From positions 1,056,001 to 1,120,000 of the forward strand of contig OY968762.1 of NCBI GenBank assembly GCA_963695225.1: a stretch of 64,000 nt of DNA. The letters run 5' to 3'. A program made the position numbers and the translations under genes. The stretch's first letter is position 1; each line of letters opens with the position of its first letter. Positions 51,517 to 61,799 of the stretch are shown here, in pieces. Under the pieces are notes generated by a model, which had not been told where the DNA came from, ran no database searches, and was given only the letters and a program-made list of their open reading frames with translations. The DNA is from Vulcanimicrobiota bacterium. GTDB taxonomy: Bacteria; Vulcanimicrobiota; Vulcanimicrobiia; Vulcanimicrobiales; Vulcanimicrobiaceae.

Positions 51517-53334
51517 ATGAGCAGCGTTACGGCATCGTCGGGATCGTTCTCGGTCAAAGCGTATGCAGGCGATTTCAAGACTCTGCTGGCCTTCGGCCTC
51601 GACGAGCGGAGCGCCGCCGGTCTTGCCGGATTCACCGTCCTCTGTAAACCCGGCGCCGGCCCCGCGTACTATCTGTTCAACGACCTCCAGTTCGAGACGC
51701 CGGCGAATCACGCGCAGGATCCGAGCGAGCCGCCGAACTCGTCGATCAACGCGCCGTACCAGAAGTTTCGTTGGCTGCATGTCCCGGGCTCCTCGCATCA
51801 AGGCCTCACGCCGTTTGCCGGACCGTACGCGTACACGGTGACGCCGCGCTACTTCGATGCGAAGGGATCGCTCGAGCCGCTCGACCCGAGCCTCTCCGCG
51901 ACGGTCAACCTGAACGTCGCGCCGTTTTCGAAGGGCGGGCTCGAGCTCGGTTTCACGCGCGGCTTCACGCAGTCGCAAGCGTTCGTGCATCATTTTGGGC
52001 TCCGGGCGCTCATCCGGCCGAATGACAAGACGCTGCTCTTCGATACGGGCGCGGAGTCAGGCAGCAACGACGCAGGCCAAAGCTTCACGTTCGCGGACGA
52101 ATACGCGTGGCTCGGCTTCACCGCGCGCACGAAGATCTTCGGCATCTTGGACGAGGTGCAGCGGGATCCGAGCCTCCGACTGGACGTCTTCGCTTACGAC
52201 CTGAACGAGCCGGACATCGTCAAGGCGTTCCTCGCGCTTGCCAAGGAGAACCGCATCCGGATCATCCTGGACAACGCGGCGCTCCATCACGACGCGAACG
52301 CCCCGACAGCCGAGGATGAATTCGAGCAAGCGTTCCGAGCGGCCGGGGGCGGCGCGAACGCTCCGATCCTCCGCGGAAAGTTCGGCCGATACTCGCACGA
52401 CAAAGTCCTCATCGTCTCTAAGGGCGGCAAGGCGCTCAAGGTCTTGACGGGCTCGACGAACTTCTCCGTCACGGGACTGTACGTCAACTCGAATCACGTC
52501 CTCATCTTCAACGACGAAACCGTCGCCGCGCAGTACGCGCTCCTCTTCGAAAGCGTCTGGAACGATAAGGTTTCGAAGACGGCTTTCGTCGGCTCCGAGC
52601 TCTCGGGGAAGCGCTATTCCATCGGCACCGCGAACGTTCCGAAGACGGAGATTACGTTTGCGCCGCACTCGCCCGGCATCGCCGAACTGATCTTGGACGC
52701 GGTAGCGGAGCGCATCAAGGCGGAGGGTTCCAAGGGAGGCGGCGGCAGCGTCCTGTTCGCGGTGATGGCGATCGACCAGGGCACGAGCCCGGTCTACACC
52801 GCGCTCAAGGCGCTGCATGCCGATCAATCCGTCTTCAGCTTCGGCATCTCGGATAATCCGGGCGGAATCTATCTCTACAAACCGGGCAACAAGACCGGTG
52901 TCCTCGTGACGGGGAAGCCGCTTGGCACGGTCCTGCCGCCGCCGTTCGATCAAGTGCCGAACGTCGGCGGGTTCGCACATCAAGTCCATCACAAGTTCGT
53001 CGTCTGCGGCTTCAACGGCACCGACCCCGTCGTGTACTGCGGTTCCTCGAATCTAGCGCTCGGCGGAGAGGAGAACAACGGCGACAATCTGCTCGCGATC
53101 CACGACGAAGACGTTGCCACGGCCTTCGCGATCGAAGCGCTCGGCCTCGTCGATCATTTCAATTTTCTGGACCGGTGCGCCAAAGGAAAGGGCGCGCCGC
53201 AATTACCGGTCGCGAATCAGCGCCAAGGCGCGCTCGACGCGCATTGGTATCTGACGCCGTCCGACAAGTGGGCCGCGTCGTACTTCGAAGGGAACGATCT
53301 GCACGATCTGGATCGGCAATTGTTCGCGGGATGA
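51517..53334 (+). CDS. Phospholipase D-superfamily protein
   Basis: Two HxK motifs (HDKVLIV...GSTN; HHKFVVC...GSSN); GGAGG RBS. Confidence 0.75.
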   Translation: MSSVTASSGSFSVKAYAGDFKTLLAFGLDERSAAGLAGFTVLCKPGAGPAYYLFNDLQFETPANHAQDPSEPPNSSINAPYQKFRWLHVPGSSHQGLTPFAGPYAYTVTPRYFDAKGSLEPLDPSLSATVNLNVAPFSKGGLELGFTRGFTQSQAFVHHFGLRALIRPNDKTLLFDTGAESGSNDAGQSFTFADEYAWLGFTARTKIFGILDEVQRDPSLRLDVFAYDLNEPDIVKAFLALAKENRIRIILDNAALHHDANAPTAEDEFEQAFRAAGGGANAPILRGKFGRYSHDKVLIVSKGGKALKVLTGSTNFSVTGLYVNSNHVLIFNDETVAAQYALLFESVWNDKVSKTAFVGSELSGKRYSIGTANVPKTEITFAPHSPGIAELILDAVAERIKAEGSKGGGGSVLFAVMAIDQGTSPVYTALKALHADQSVFSFGISDNPGGIYLYKPGNKTGVLVTGKPLGTVLPPPFDQVPNVGGFAHQVHHKFVVCGFNGTDPVVYCGSSNLALGGEENNGDNLLAIHDEDVATAFAIEALGLVDHFNFLDRCAKGKGAPQLPVANQRQGALDAHWYLTPSDKWAASYFEGNDLHDLDRQLFAG

Positions 53335-53605
53335 GAAGGGCGTCAAGCGCCAGAGCCAGATGCTCCAAGAGAAACGAGTCGCCGGCTACCGCAACTCGTC
53401 AATAGGTCTTATGGATCAGTGATCCCCACGCTGCATGACGACGCGCCGAATCGCGCGGCCTCGCGCGAGGTTCCACTCGTGTCGCCGTCCAAGGTTACCA
53501 TCGGAAAATTAGAAGACCATTAGGAAACTCCAGGGCGGAATCGCGCGTGCCGTGATCGCGGCCGTTTGCAGTCGAGAGCTCACCTTCCGATGAGGTCACC
53601 GAAAA

Positions 53606-54415
53606 GTGAACTACCTGCAGGCGCTGCTGCTCGGAGCAGTTATTGCGCTCTCTGCATTCTCGCGTGCCGAGCCGGCCGCCGCATCCGAGTTTAGCCTTGC
53701 GTGCGGGAGCGGTTCGCTTCTGGCGCTCACGGACGGCGCCAGCGGAACACCCTCGGCCTGCACGGCGCGTCGAGGTGAATTCCTCGTCGAGAGCCTCTAC
53801 TTTCAGAACGCATCCGCCGTCGGCGGAACCGCGCTGGCCGCGTATCCGATGTTCCGCCTGCGCGCCGGTGTGTTGCCACGGCTCGAACTGCTGCTCGACA
53901 CGCCTTCCCAAGTCGCCGAATCCGGTCTCGGCGGCGTAGGGCTCTACCTCATGAGCAATCCGGGTTTCGGAGCGAAGTTTTCGGCCGTCGATTCCGGACG
54001 GCTCGCGATCAGCATCGGCGCCGAAGTGGAGCCCCCGGTCAACCAGTACTCGCCCCATCGCGAACTCCAACCGAAATACAGCCTGGACGCCACGTGGCTC
54101 TACCAGGTCACGCCGAGATTCGCGTTGACGGGGCTCGTCGGCGCTTCGACGTCGCGCAAAGTCGGGCTCGCGCATGTGTTTCCCGGCGCAACGGTCGGCG
54201 CCAAGATCCATGCCGATCATCTGACGGACGTCTCGTTCGACGTCGGCAGCCGCTTTATCGCGCGCCAAGCGCAAGCTCAGGCGTTCGGCGACGTCTCGGT
54301 CGAACGGTTGCTGAGCAGGCGCCTTTCGTTCGCCGTGGGCCTCGGCACATCGTTCAACCCCGTCGTCGAGACGAAGTCACATTACCTCGCCGCGGGATTC
54401 AACTACCGCCCGTAA
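53606..54415 (+). CDS. Exported protein, probable outer-membrane beta-barrel
   Basis: Signal peptide, amphipathic beta strands, C-terminal GFNYR. Confidence 0.55.
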   Translation: MNYLQALLLGAVIALSAFSRAEPAAASEFSLACGSGSLLALTDGASGTPSACTARRGEFLVESLYFQNASAVGGTALAAYPMFRLRAGVLPRLELLLDTPSQVAESGLGGVGLYLMSNPGFGAKFSAVDSGRLAISIGAEVEPPVNQYSPHRELQPKYSLDATWLYQVTPRFALTGLVGASTSRKVGLAHVFPGATVGAKIHADHLTDVSFDVGSRFIARQAQAQAFGDVSVERLLSRRLSFAVGLGTSFNPVVETKSHYLAAGFNYRP

Positions 54416-54459
54416 TGCATCTGCGGCTACGGCCGGCAAAGCGGCATGCCGGCGCCCGC

Positions 54460-54825
54460 CTAACCCTGCGGACTCGCCGGCTGCCAAAGGCCGAGCGGCG
54501 CACCTACGGGATCGCTGACGATGCTGAGCTTACCCATCCCTACATCGGTGACGGGGACCATCACGCTCGCCCCGAGCGATTCGGCCTTCTTCGTGTGTGC
54601 TTCGATATCGTCGACGAGCACGTACGGAACCCATGAGGACGGCGCGCCGGGAATCATCTGCTTGAGGATACCGCCGGCGGTGCCTTCGCCGACGTCGATC
54701 ATCGTGTATGCCCCGATCGGCATCGTCTCGTCTTTGAGGCCCCAGCCGAAGAGCGAACCGTAGAATGTCTTGGCGGCACCGACGTTGGTTGCGTTCAGTT
54801 CGACGTGGACGAACGGATGAGCCAT
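54460..54825 (-). CDS. VOC/glyoxalase family protein
   Basis: FVHVEL, FYGSLFGW, WVPYV.VDD, DPVGAPLGLWQ; AAGGAG RBS. Confidence 0.85.
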   Translation of the reverse strand: MAHPFVHVELNATNVGAAKTFYGSLFGWGLKDETMPIGAYTMIDVGEGTAGGILKQMIPGAPSSWVPYVLVDDIEAHTKKAESLGASVMVPVTDVGMGKLSIVSDPVGAPLGLWQPASPQG

Positions 54826-55110
54826 TGAGCATCTCCTTGCATTTCGGAAGCGTCATCGCTCGAGTTGCGCGGCCTGCACCGAAGCTGCGCCATTCGCGTA
54901 CATGTTCGATCGCGTCCTGCAACCGTCCGCGCCGTTCGCGCGACATCGTACGTGGGGCGGTGCATCGAGCGCTGCGCTTCCGCTTGCTCGAACAGGCTCT
55001 CGGCACTATTCTCCAGCGCTAAAAGCAGTTGCCCCGCTCGATTATCTCAGGCTGGGCGGACGAGAAGCCCAAGTTTGCTACTTGGGGAGCGCGCCGCAGG
55101 AACCCGTTAC

Positions 55111-56337
55111 TCATACCGCCAGGCGTAGCGACTCTTCTCTCGTCGGCAGCAAGAATGCCAGCGCCGCGCAAATGACCAGCATTGCGGCTGAGCCCCACAG
55201 ACAGCCGCGCAGGCCTGCCATTTGCGTGAGGACGCCGGAGAGCAGGATGCCGACGAGGCGGCCGGCCGCATTCGAGGCGTAGTAGAAGCCGACATCCTCA
55301 GCGGCCTTCTCCGTTCCCGCATAGGCGAGGACGAGGTACGAGTGCAGCGACGAATTGACTGCGAACGCGAACCCGAAGACGGCCAAGCCGGCGAGTACGA
55401 CCAGATCGGCGCGCGGCACGATGGCGAAGGCGAGAAGAAAGGACAGCGCGATCGGGACGGCGGCGAGCGCCATCCCCCAGACCCTCGCTTCGGGCACTTC
55501 GCGCGAGAGCCCGTCCTGGCTGCGGCGAACGATCTGCGGCGCGACCGCCTGTACGCTGCCGTAACCGATCGTCCAGGCGGCGAGGAAGGTTGCCACGCCG
55601 ATGTAGTGCCAGCCTTGGCCGTAGAGAAAAACCGGCAGCCCGACGACAAACCAAACATCGCGCGAACCGAACATAAAGATGCGCGCGGCGGCAAGAATAT
55701 TGACGCCGCGGTTCTTGGCAAAGAGTTCTCGAAAGCTCTTCGACGCCTTGGCCCTGCCAAGCTCACGCGGCAGGCTCAACGCAACGCCCGCAAGGACGGC
55801 CGCCAGCATAGCGGCCATCATCCAGAGCGCGAGTCGGAAACCGGCGACCTGAAGGAGAAAACCGCCGACGAAGAAGCCGAGGCCCTTCATCGCGTTTTTC
55901 GAGCCCGTGAACCACGCGACCCAGCGAAACAACTGCCCTGCGCCCTGTTGGGAAATCGCTTTGATCGCCGACTTGGATGCGGTCTTCGTCAAGTCTTTCG
56001 CGACGCCGGCGACTCCCTGCGCCGCCACGACCCAGGCGACGGACGCCGCGGCTCCCCATCGCGGATCGAGCGCCGAGAGCATCAATAGGCCCGCGATCTG
56101 AAGCGACAACCCGGTCGCGAGCATCCGCGGGATACCGAACCGGGCGGCGAGCCAGCCGCCGCCGAGGTTCGCGAAGATCCCCGCCGCCTCGTAGAGCAGG
56201 AACAGGAACGATAGCATGAGCGGCGTGTAGCCGAGCTGGTAAAAATGCAGCAGCACCAGCATCCGCAGCGCGCCGTCGGTAAGGGTGAAGCCCCAGTAGG
56301 CGCCGGTGACGATGAGGTAGTTGCGGCCGGCGGACAC
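55111..56337 (-). CDS. arsJ: Organoarsenical efflux MFS transporter ArsJ
   Basis: FTLTDGALRMLVLLHF, AKDLTK..SKSAIK, TGSKNA.KG, SRDVWFVV, VGFYY; TAGTG overlap with gapdh. Confidence 0.92.
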   Translation of the reverse strand: MSAGRNYLIVTGAYWGFTLTDGALRMLVLLHFYQLGYTPLMLSFLFLLYEAAGIFANLGGGWLAARFGIPRMLATGLSLQIAGLLMLSALDPRWGAAASVAWVVAAQGVAGVAKDLTKTASKSAIKAISQQGAGQLFRWVAWFTGSKNAMKGLGFFVGGFLLQVAGFRLALWMMAAMLAAVLAGVALSLPRELGRAKASKSFRELFAKNRGVNILAAARIFMFGSRDVWFVVGLPVFLYGQGWHYIGVATFLAAWTIGYGSVQAVAPQIVRRSQDGLSREVPEARVWGMALAAVPIALSFLLAFAIVPRADLVVLAGLAVFGFAFAVNSSLHSYLVLAYAGTEKAAEDVGFYYASNAAGRLVGILLSGVLTQMAGLRGCLWGSAAMLVICAALAFLLPTREESLRLAV

Positions 56338-57389
56338 TAGGCAGTCCGCTCGATGACGATGTTCGCTAGATCGACCATCCGGCATGCGTAGCCCATCTCG
56401 TTGTCATACCAGGCGTAGACCTTGAGCAGCGTCTCGTCGGTCACCATCGTGCTCGGGCCGTCGATGATGGAACTTCTCGTGTCGTTGACGAAGTCGGCCG
56501 ACACGAGTGGACGGTGCTCGAAACCAAGGATCCCCGCGAGCGGGCCGGCCGCGGCCGCAAGGAGCAGCTCGTTGACTTCGGTTTCGGTTGTGGCGCGCCG
56601 TAGTTCGAACACGCAATCGGTCAAGGAGGCGTTGAGCACCGGAGCACGCACGGCGTGTCCGTTCAGCCGGCCCTTGAGTTCGGGATAGATCAGCGAAATT
56701 GCAGTGGCGCTCCCGGTCGTCGTGGGCTGTAACGAGAGCATCGCGGAGCGCGCCCGGCGCAGATCCTTGTGGGGAGAATCCACGACGACGTTCGTGTTGG
56801 TCGGGTCGTGGATCGTTGTAATCTGACCGTGCCGAATGCCGATGGTTTCGTGGATCACCTTTACGACGGGAGCCAGGCAGTTCGTCGTGCATGAAGCGGC
56901 TGTCAGCAGCGCATGATAGGCAGGGTCGTAGAGGTGGTCGTTGACGCCCACGACGATGTTCAGCGCTGCGGCATCCTTGACCGGGGCGGCTACGATGACG
57001 GTGCGAACGCCGCGCTCGAAGTAGCCGCGGAGCTGGTCGGGTGTTAGGAACCTCCCCGTGCATTCCAAGACGATGTCGCAGCCAAGGTCACCCCATGGCA
57101 CGTCCGCGGGGTACGGAGCGGCGCTGAAACCGATCCGGCGGCTTCCGATCAGCAACGCGCTGTCGTCCTCGAAACCGAAAGATTCTCGCCACCGTCCGTG
57201 GATACTGTCGTACTCGAGGAGGTGCGCAGCTGTTCGGGCGCCACCCTTGAGTTCGTTGACGTGTGCGATATCGAGCCGGTTGCCGCGCCGTGGGTCGCGA
57301 TCCTCACGGAATACGCCGCCCATAGCCGCTCGCAGCGCGAGCCTTCCGATTCGACCGAGGCCATTGATACCGACGCGCGTCGTACTCAA
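56337..57389 (-). CDS. ArsJ-associated glyceraldehyde-3-phosphate dehydrogenase
   Basis: [30 protein letters not shown]; directly upstream of arsJ. Confidence 0.9.
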   Translation of the reverse strand: MSTTRVGINGLGRIGRLALRAAMGGVFREDRDPRRGNRLDIAHVNELKGGARTAAHLLEYDSIHGRWRESFGFEDDSALLIGSRRIGFSAAPYPADVPWGDLGCDIVLECTGRFLTPDQLRGYFERGVRTVIVAAPVKDAAALNIVVGVNDHLYDPAYHALLTAASCTTNCLAPVVKVIHETIGIRHGQITTIHDPTNTNVVVDSPHKDLRRARSAMLSLQPTTTGSATAISLIYPELKGRLNGHAVRAPVLNASLTDCVFELRRATTETEVNELLLAAAAGPLAGILGFEHRPLVSADFVNDTRSSIIDGPSTMVTDETLLKVYAWYDNEMGYACRMVDLANIVIERTA

Positions 57390-58240
57390 GGGCTGGGTCT
57401 TGTCGCGCGGATGAACGCGCTCATGAATTTGCCGTCGATCTGGTCGCGGAAGGCACCTACGTCGATTCCCTTTTCCTCGAGAAACGACTCGGCGTCCGCT
57501 GCCCGGTAGATGCGCGTTGGTTCGATCCCAATTCCCTCGAAGCCGGCCGCGGCGAGCTTCGCGCGATAGTCGCCTTCGTCCAACGCTCCCGCCAGACACC
57601 CGACCCATGCCAGGACGCTTTCCCGAATCCGCGCATCGATTTCGCCCCTTGTCACGACGTCGGAGACGGCGAATCGGCCGCCGGGTCGCAGCACGCGAAA
57701 CGCCTCTCGCAACACGCGATCTTTATCCGCGCTGAGGTTGATCACGCAGTTCGAGATGATCACGTCGACCGAGCCCTCAGGCAATGGGATCGCTTCGATC
57801 TCGCCTTTCAAGAACTCGACGTTCGCGACGCCCGCCCGTTGCTGGTTTTCGCGGGCCAGCGCGAGCATCTCATCCGTCATATCGAGACCGTACGCTTTGC
57901 CGCCCGGGGAGACGCGGCGCGCCGAAAGCAGGACGTCGATGCCGCCGCCGCTGCCGAGATCGAGGACCGTTTCACCAGGTCGCAATTCCGCGAGCGCGGT
58001 CGGGTTGCCGCACCCGAGCGAAGCAAGGAGTGCAGTCTCCGGCAACTCGTTCTTCTGCAGCTCGTCATACAGGTTCGACGTGATCGGGTTTCCGCTCGAG
58101 CAGCACTGCGAAGGGCTAGCGTCGCAACACGCGGTATCGGCGCCCGAGCTTACGCGCAGCGCGGCCTGCCCGTATTTCTCTTTGACTGCGTCTCTAACGC
58201 TAAAGGCGGCTTCTTGTACATCCACGAGGTCGACCTCCAA
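57386..58240 (-). CDS. arsM: Arsenite S-adenosylmethionine methyltransferase
   Basis: [28 protein letters not shown]-terminal CC pairs. Confidence 0.93.
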   Translation of the reverse strand: MEVDLVDVQEAAFSVRDAVKEKYGQAALRVSSGADTACCDASPSQCCSSGNPITSNLYDELQKNELPETALLASLGCGNPTALAELRPGETVLDLGSGGGIDVLLSARRVSPGGKAYGLDMTDEMLALARENQQRAGVANVEFLKGEIEAIPLPEGSVDVIISNCVINLSADKDRVLREAFRVLRPGGRFAVSDVVTRGEIDARIRESVLAWVGCLAGALDEGDYRAKLAAAGFEGIGIEPTRIYRAADAESFLEEKGIDVGAFRDQIDGKFMSAFIRATRPSP

Positions 58241-58264
58241 AGCAACTATTGAGAAAGGGCATTG

Positions 58265-59218
58265 TTAACGGAGATTGCAGGCTCTAGCCTCAGGCAAGGA
58301 CGAGGAAGGCGGTGCGGATCGGCCTGCGCGCAAGTCGGCGGCGAGTGCCTCGGCCTTTGCCCGAACGAGGTTGCGAATCTCGCGCACGCGTTCAGGCGGC
58401 CCGCCTTTCGGATCGGGCAGCCCCCAGTCGTCGTCGATCCGGGGGACGCCTTCGACGTCGCAGCCCATCGTGATGATGCGCTCGGCCCGGGCAAGGAGTA
58501 TCGGATCGAGGAGCTTCGGACGAGCGCTTGAGATGTCGAGGCCGTCTTCGGCCATCGCGGCGACGACGCCGGGGTCGGGTCGATCGGCCTCGATCGTTCC
58601 GGCGGAAGCGACTTCAACCGTGTCTCCGGCGAACGCGCGGAGATACGCTTCGGCCATTTGGCTGCGCCCGGTATTATGGCGACAGACGAACAGGATCAAC
58701 GGCTTCAAGATCTTCTCCATCGCCATGACGTCGATGAAGTGCCCATCGAGGCGTCCTTGCTCGCGGAAGACGCCGACTTCGCGGAAGCCATGTTTGCGGT
58801 ACAGCCTCTGGCCGGGGGCATTGAACGGAAACGTGAACAACACGATCTTGTGGAAGCTATGCGCTCGCGCGATGGCCTCCAGCGCGCCGAGCAGCCCTGA
58901 TCCAATGCCGGTGCCGCGCTGCGCCCTGGCGACGTAGATCGAAAGGTCGGCGACGCCGTCATACGCGCAGCGGTGCGTGTAGCGGTTGAGCGCGGCCCAG
59001 CCGGCAATCGCACCGGCACGCTCGGCGACGAGGATCGCGTACCGTTCGCCGTGGTCGGCGAACCACGCTCGGATCTCTTTGCCCGACTTCGGCTCTTCAT
59101 CGAGCGTGGCGACGCGGTCTTCGATCCCCTCGTTGTAGATGCGCCGGATATCCTCCAGGTCGCCGGCGTCGGCATCGCGCACGACGAGATCTGCCGTTGC
59201 AACATTCACCTCGTTCAC
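58265..59218 (-). CDS. Fusion: ArsN1-like GNAT acetyltransferase + LMWP-family ArsC-like domain
   Basis: IYNEGIEDRVAT...LSIYVAR..RG.GIG...FPFN; then LFVCRHNTGRSQMAE...DWGLPDP. Confidence 0.85.
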   Translation of the reverse strand: MNEVNVATADLVVRDADAGDLEDIRRIYNEGIEDRVATLDEEPKSGKEIRAWFADHGERYAILVAERAGAIAGWAALNRYTHRCAYDGVADLSIYVARAQRGTGIGSGLLGALEAIARAHSFHKIVLFTFPFNAPGQRLYRKHGFREVGVFREQGRLDGHFIDVMAMEKILKPLILFVCRHNTGRSQMAEAYLRAFAGDTVEVASAGTIEADRPDPGVVAAMAEDGLDISSARPKLLDPILLARAERIITMGCDVEGVPRIDDDWGLPDPKGGPPERVREIRNLVRAKAEALAADLRAGRSAPPSSSLPEARACNLR

Positions 59219-59290
59219 CTCTGCACTGATCGAGCGTTCGTCTTCGCATTGCGATTGGATTTCGCCGCAGTTCTGCGGTCCGCGTTCATG

Positions 59291-60334
59291 TCAAGCGGCC
59301 GCAAATGTGGCTCGGCGCGCGAAGGCGATCTGCACGAGCAGCAGCATGACGGGGACTTCGATGAGCGGACCGATCACGGCGGCGAACGCCTGCCCCGAAT
59401 CGATCCCGAACAGCGCGATGCAGACGGCGATCGCGAGTTCGAAGTTGTTGCTCGCCGCAGCGAGCGAGAGCGCCGTCGTTTGCCCGTAGGTACCGCCGGC
59501 GCGCTTCGCCATGGCGAACGAGATCGCGAACATCGCGAAGAAATAGATGGTCAACGGGATGGCGATGACCACTACGTCGAGCGGGTGGGCGAGGATCCGC
59601 GCCCCTTGTAGAGAGAACATCGCGACGATCGTCAGGAGCAGCGCGACGAGCGTGACGGGAGCGACGCGCGGAACAAAGCCCGAATCGTAGCGAACCGCCC
59701 CCATGCGCGGCCGCAGCACCGCCCGCGTGATGGCGCCAGCCGCGAAAGGCAGGCCCAGATAGATCGCGACGTTCTTCGCGACGTCCGCGAGCGCGAGATG
59801 GATCGTTAAGCCAGGCAAGCCGACGAGCGGAGGCAAGACCGTCACGAAGAGATAGGCATACGCGGCGTACCCAAGGATTTGGAAGATCGCGTTGAACGCC
59901 ACGAGCGCTGCAGTGTATTCGCGGTCGCCGGCCGCAAGCTCGTTCCAGACCACGACCATGGCGATGCAACGCGCGAGCCCGATCATGACGAGCCCCGCGA
60001 AATACGCCGGGTGCGCGTGCAAGAAGATCGCAGCGAGAACGAACATCAGGACCGGGCCGATGATCCAATTCTGCACGAGCGAGAGCCCGAAGAGCCGCAC
60101 GTCGCGGAAGACGGCGGGAAGCGCCTCGTACCGGACCCGCGTGAACGGCGGATACATCATCGCGATGAGGCCGATCGGAACGAGCACCGCCGGAACGCGT
60201 AGCCCCACTGCCCCGAGCCCCACGCCGAGCAGCATCGCGCCGACGATCCACAGCGTCAAATAGCGGTCGAGGAACGAGAGGTTGGAACTGGACGGGGCGA
60301 GTACGGCCTGCGCCTTCGCCACGGCGACGCTCAT
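59291..60334 (-). CDS. acr3: Arsenite efflux pump Acr3
   Basis: FLDRYLTLWI, MMYP, QNWIIGP, GLARCIAMV, SNNFELAIA, GPLIEVP. Confidence 0.93.
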   Translation of the reverse strand: MSVAVAKAQAVLAPSSSNLSFLDRYLTLWIVGAMLLGVGLGAVGLRVPAVLVPIGLIAMMYPPFTRVRYEALPAVFRDVRLFGLSLVQNWIIGPVLMFVLAAIFLHAHPAYFAGLVMIGLARCIAMVVVWNELAAGDREYTAALVAFNAIFQILGYAAYAYLFVTVLPPLVGLPGLTIHLALADVAKNVAIYLGLPFAAGAITRAVLRPRMGAVRYDSGFVPRVAPVTLVALLLTIVAMFSLQGARILAHPLDVVVIAIPLTIYFFAMFAISFAMAKRAGGTYGQTTALSLAAASNNFELAIAVCIALFGIDSGQAFAAVIGPLIEVPVMLLLVQIAFARRATFAAA

Positions 60335-60687
60335 CCGAGTGCCGCGCTCAGTGCCGGTTCGAGAAGAATGCCGTGCAGCGCGGCCTGCAGACGCTCGCGA
60401 GCGTCCGGGGCCAACGCGTAATGCACCCAGGTCCCGTGCCGTTCGGCCGTCACCAAGCCCGCGTCCTTGAGGACCTTCAGGTGGTGCGAGACGGCCGGCT
60501 GATTGAGCGGAAGGCTCGCGTTCAGGTCGCAGACGCAGACCCGGCGCCCAGCGCGCGCGAGCGTCGCGAGGATCGTCAGGCGGTGGCGGTCGCCGAGGGC
60601 CTTGAAGAGTTCCGCGTCCCGATCGAACCCGAGAGCCGGAGCCGCCGTCGCCGGAACGCATTCTGGACCGCATTCTTGTATCGACAC
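60331..60687 (-). CDS. arsR: ArsR/SmtB repressor
   Basis: FKALGD..RL, VCVCDL, QPAVSHHLKVL. Confidence 0.9.
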   Translation of the reverse strand: MSIQECGPECVPATAAPALGFDRDAELFKALGDRHRLTILATLARAGRRVCVCDLNASLPLNQPAVSHHLKVLKDAGLVTAERHGTWVHYALAPDARERLQAALHGILLEPALSAALG

Positions 60688-60724
60688 ATGTCGATTCTAG
60701 GTTACTATATCGAGATATGTCAAT
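60680..60724 (-). promoter_or_regulatory. ars promoter with two tandem palindromic operators
   Basis: TTGACA(60723-60718)-18 nt-TAGAAT(60699-60694); palindromes ATCGACA-ca-TGTCGAT (60680-60695) and ATCGAGA-ta-TGTCAAT (60709-60724). Confidence 0.75.
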
Positions 60725-60731
60725 ACATCGG

Positions 60732-61799
60732 TTAGCCGCCGATCTCCGAAAAAGCTCGCATACGGCTCGACGTTTCGCCGAGCTTGAGGTGATGGCGTTC
60801 CGGCTTGATCAGCATCCCACCACGGAAGAGATCGGCCAGATCCTTGCGGGAGGCCCCCGAGCGAACGGGCGCGCGCAGATCGATCCCGTAATCGCCGAAC
60901 AGACACAACCGTAGGCGCCCCTCGGCGGAGAGGCGCACGCGATTGCAGCGTTCGCAATAGTCGTGCGAGAGCGGGCTGATCACGCCGATCGCGCCAGGCG
61001 CACCGCGGTACGCCAAGTAGCGCGCAGGGCCATTGCCGGCCGGACCGTCGACCGGCGAGAGTTCACCGTCCAGCGCCAGGCGCTCGAGAATCTCATCCGC
61101 CGACACGTACGCATCGCGTTGGAGGTCGACGTTCTCCTCGACCGGCATCAATTCGATGAACCGCACGAAGACTTCTCGGGTGCGAGTGAGCGCAGCGAGT
61201 GCCGAGATCTCGTCGTCGTTCCGGCCCCGCATCACGACGCAGTTGATTTTCACCGGAGCGAGGCCCGTAGCGAGCGCCGCGTCGATCCCGGCGAGGACGC
61301 GCTCGAGGCCGCGGCGCCGCGCGATCGCAAAGAACCGATCCTCGCGCAACGTGTCGAGGGAGACGTTGACGCGCCGAAGCCCCGCTGACGCTAACGCTGC
61401 GGCGGACTCGGCCAAGAAGATGCCGTTTGTCGAAAGCGAGATATCGTCGATGCCCGGAACGGCGGCGATCATCCGCACGAGTTCCGGCAGATCCCGCCGA
61501 ACGAGCGGCTCGCCTCCCGTGAACCGGATGCTGCGCAACCCTACGGAGGCGCCTGCTTCGACGATCCGCAGGATCTCTTCGTACGAGAGGATTTCGGGCC
61601 TGCGGATCCACTGCAAGCCCTCCTCCGGCATGCAATAGACGCACCGCAGATTGCAGCGATCCGTCACCGAAATGCGCAGATAGGTGATCGGCCGCATGAA
61701 CGCATCGGTCAGCGAGGGACGCGCTCGGGCGCCGATCAGGTCGATGGCTTCGAAGGCCGTTATCGGCGGGATCGTGCGGACGTTCGAGCCGGCGGACAC
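60732..61799 (-). CDS. moaA: GTP 3',8-cyclase (Moco biosynthesis)
   Basis: LRISVTDRCNLRCVYC, TGGEPL, CERCNRVRL...CL, C-terminal IGG. Confidence 0.95.
   Translation of the reverse strand: MSAGSNVRTIPPITAFEAIDLIGARARPSLTDAFMRPITYLRISVTDRCNLRCVYCMPEEGLQWIRRPEILSYEEILRIVEAGASVGLRSIRFTGGEPLVRRDLPELVRMIAAVPGIDDISLSTNGIFLAESAAALASAGLRRVNVSLDTLREDRFFAIARRRGLERVLAGIDAALATGLAPVKINCVVMRGRNDDEISALAALTRTREVFVRFIELMPVEENVDLQRDAYVSADEILERLALDGELSPVDGPAGNGPARYLAYRGAPGAIGVISPLSHDYCERCNRVRLSAEGRLRLCLFGDYGIDLRAPVRSGASRKDLADLFRGGMLIKPERHHLKLGETSSRMRAFSEIGG

Noticed and set aside
53335..55110. Island boundary (att site, tRNA, integrase or IS) for the arsenic region
   Set aside because: Intergenic stretches are somewhat AT-richer, but no tRNA, integrase, transposase or flanking direct repeat was found.
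56337..57389. Calvin-cycle or glycolytic GAPDH
   Set aside because: Coupled to arsM and arsJ inside the ars operon; best read as the ArsJ-associated GAPDH.
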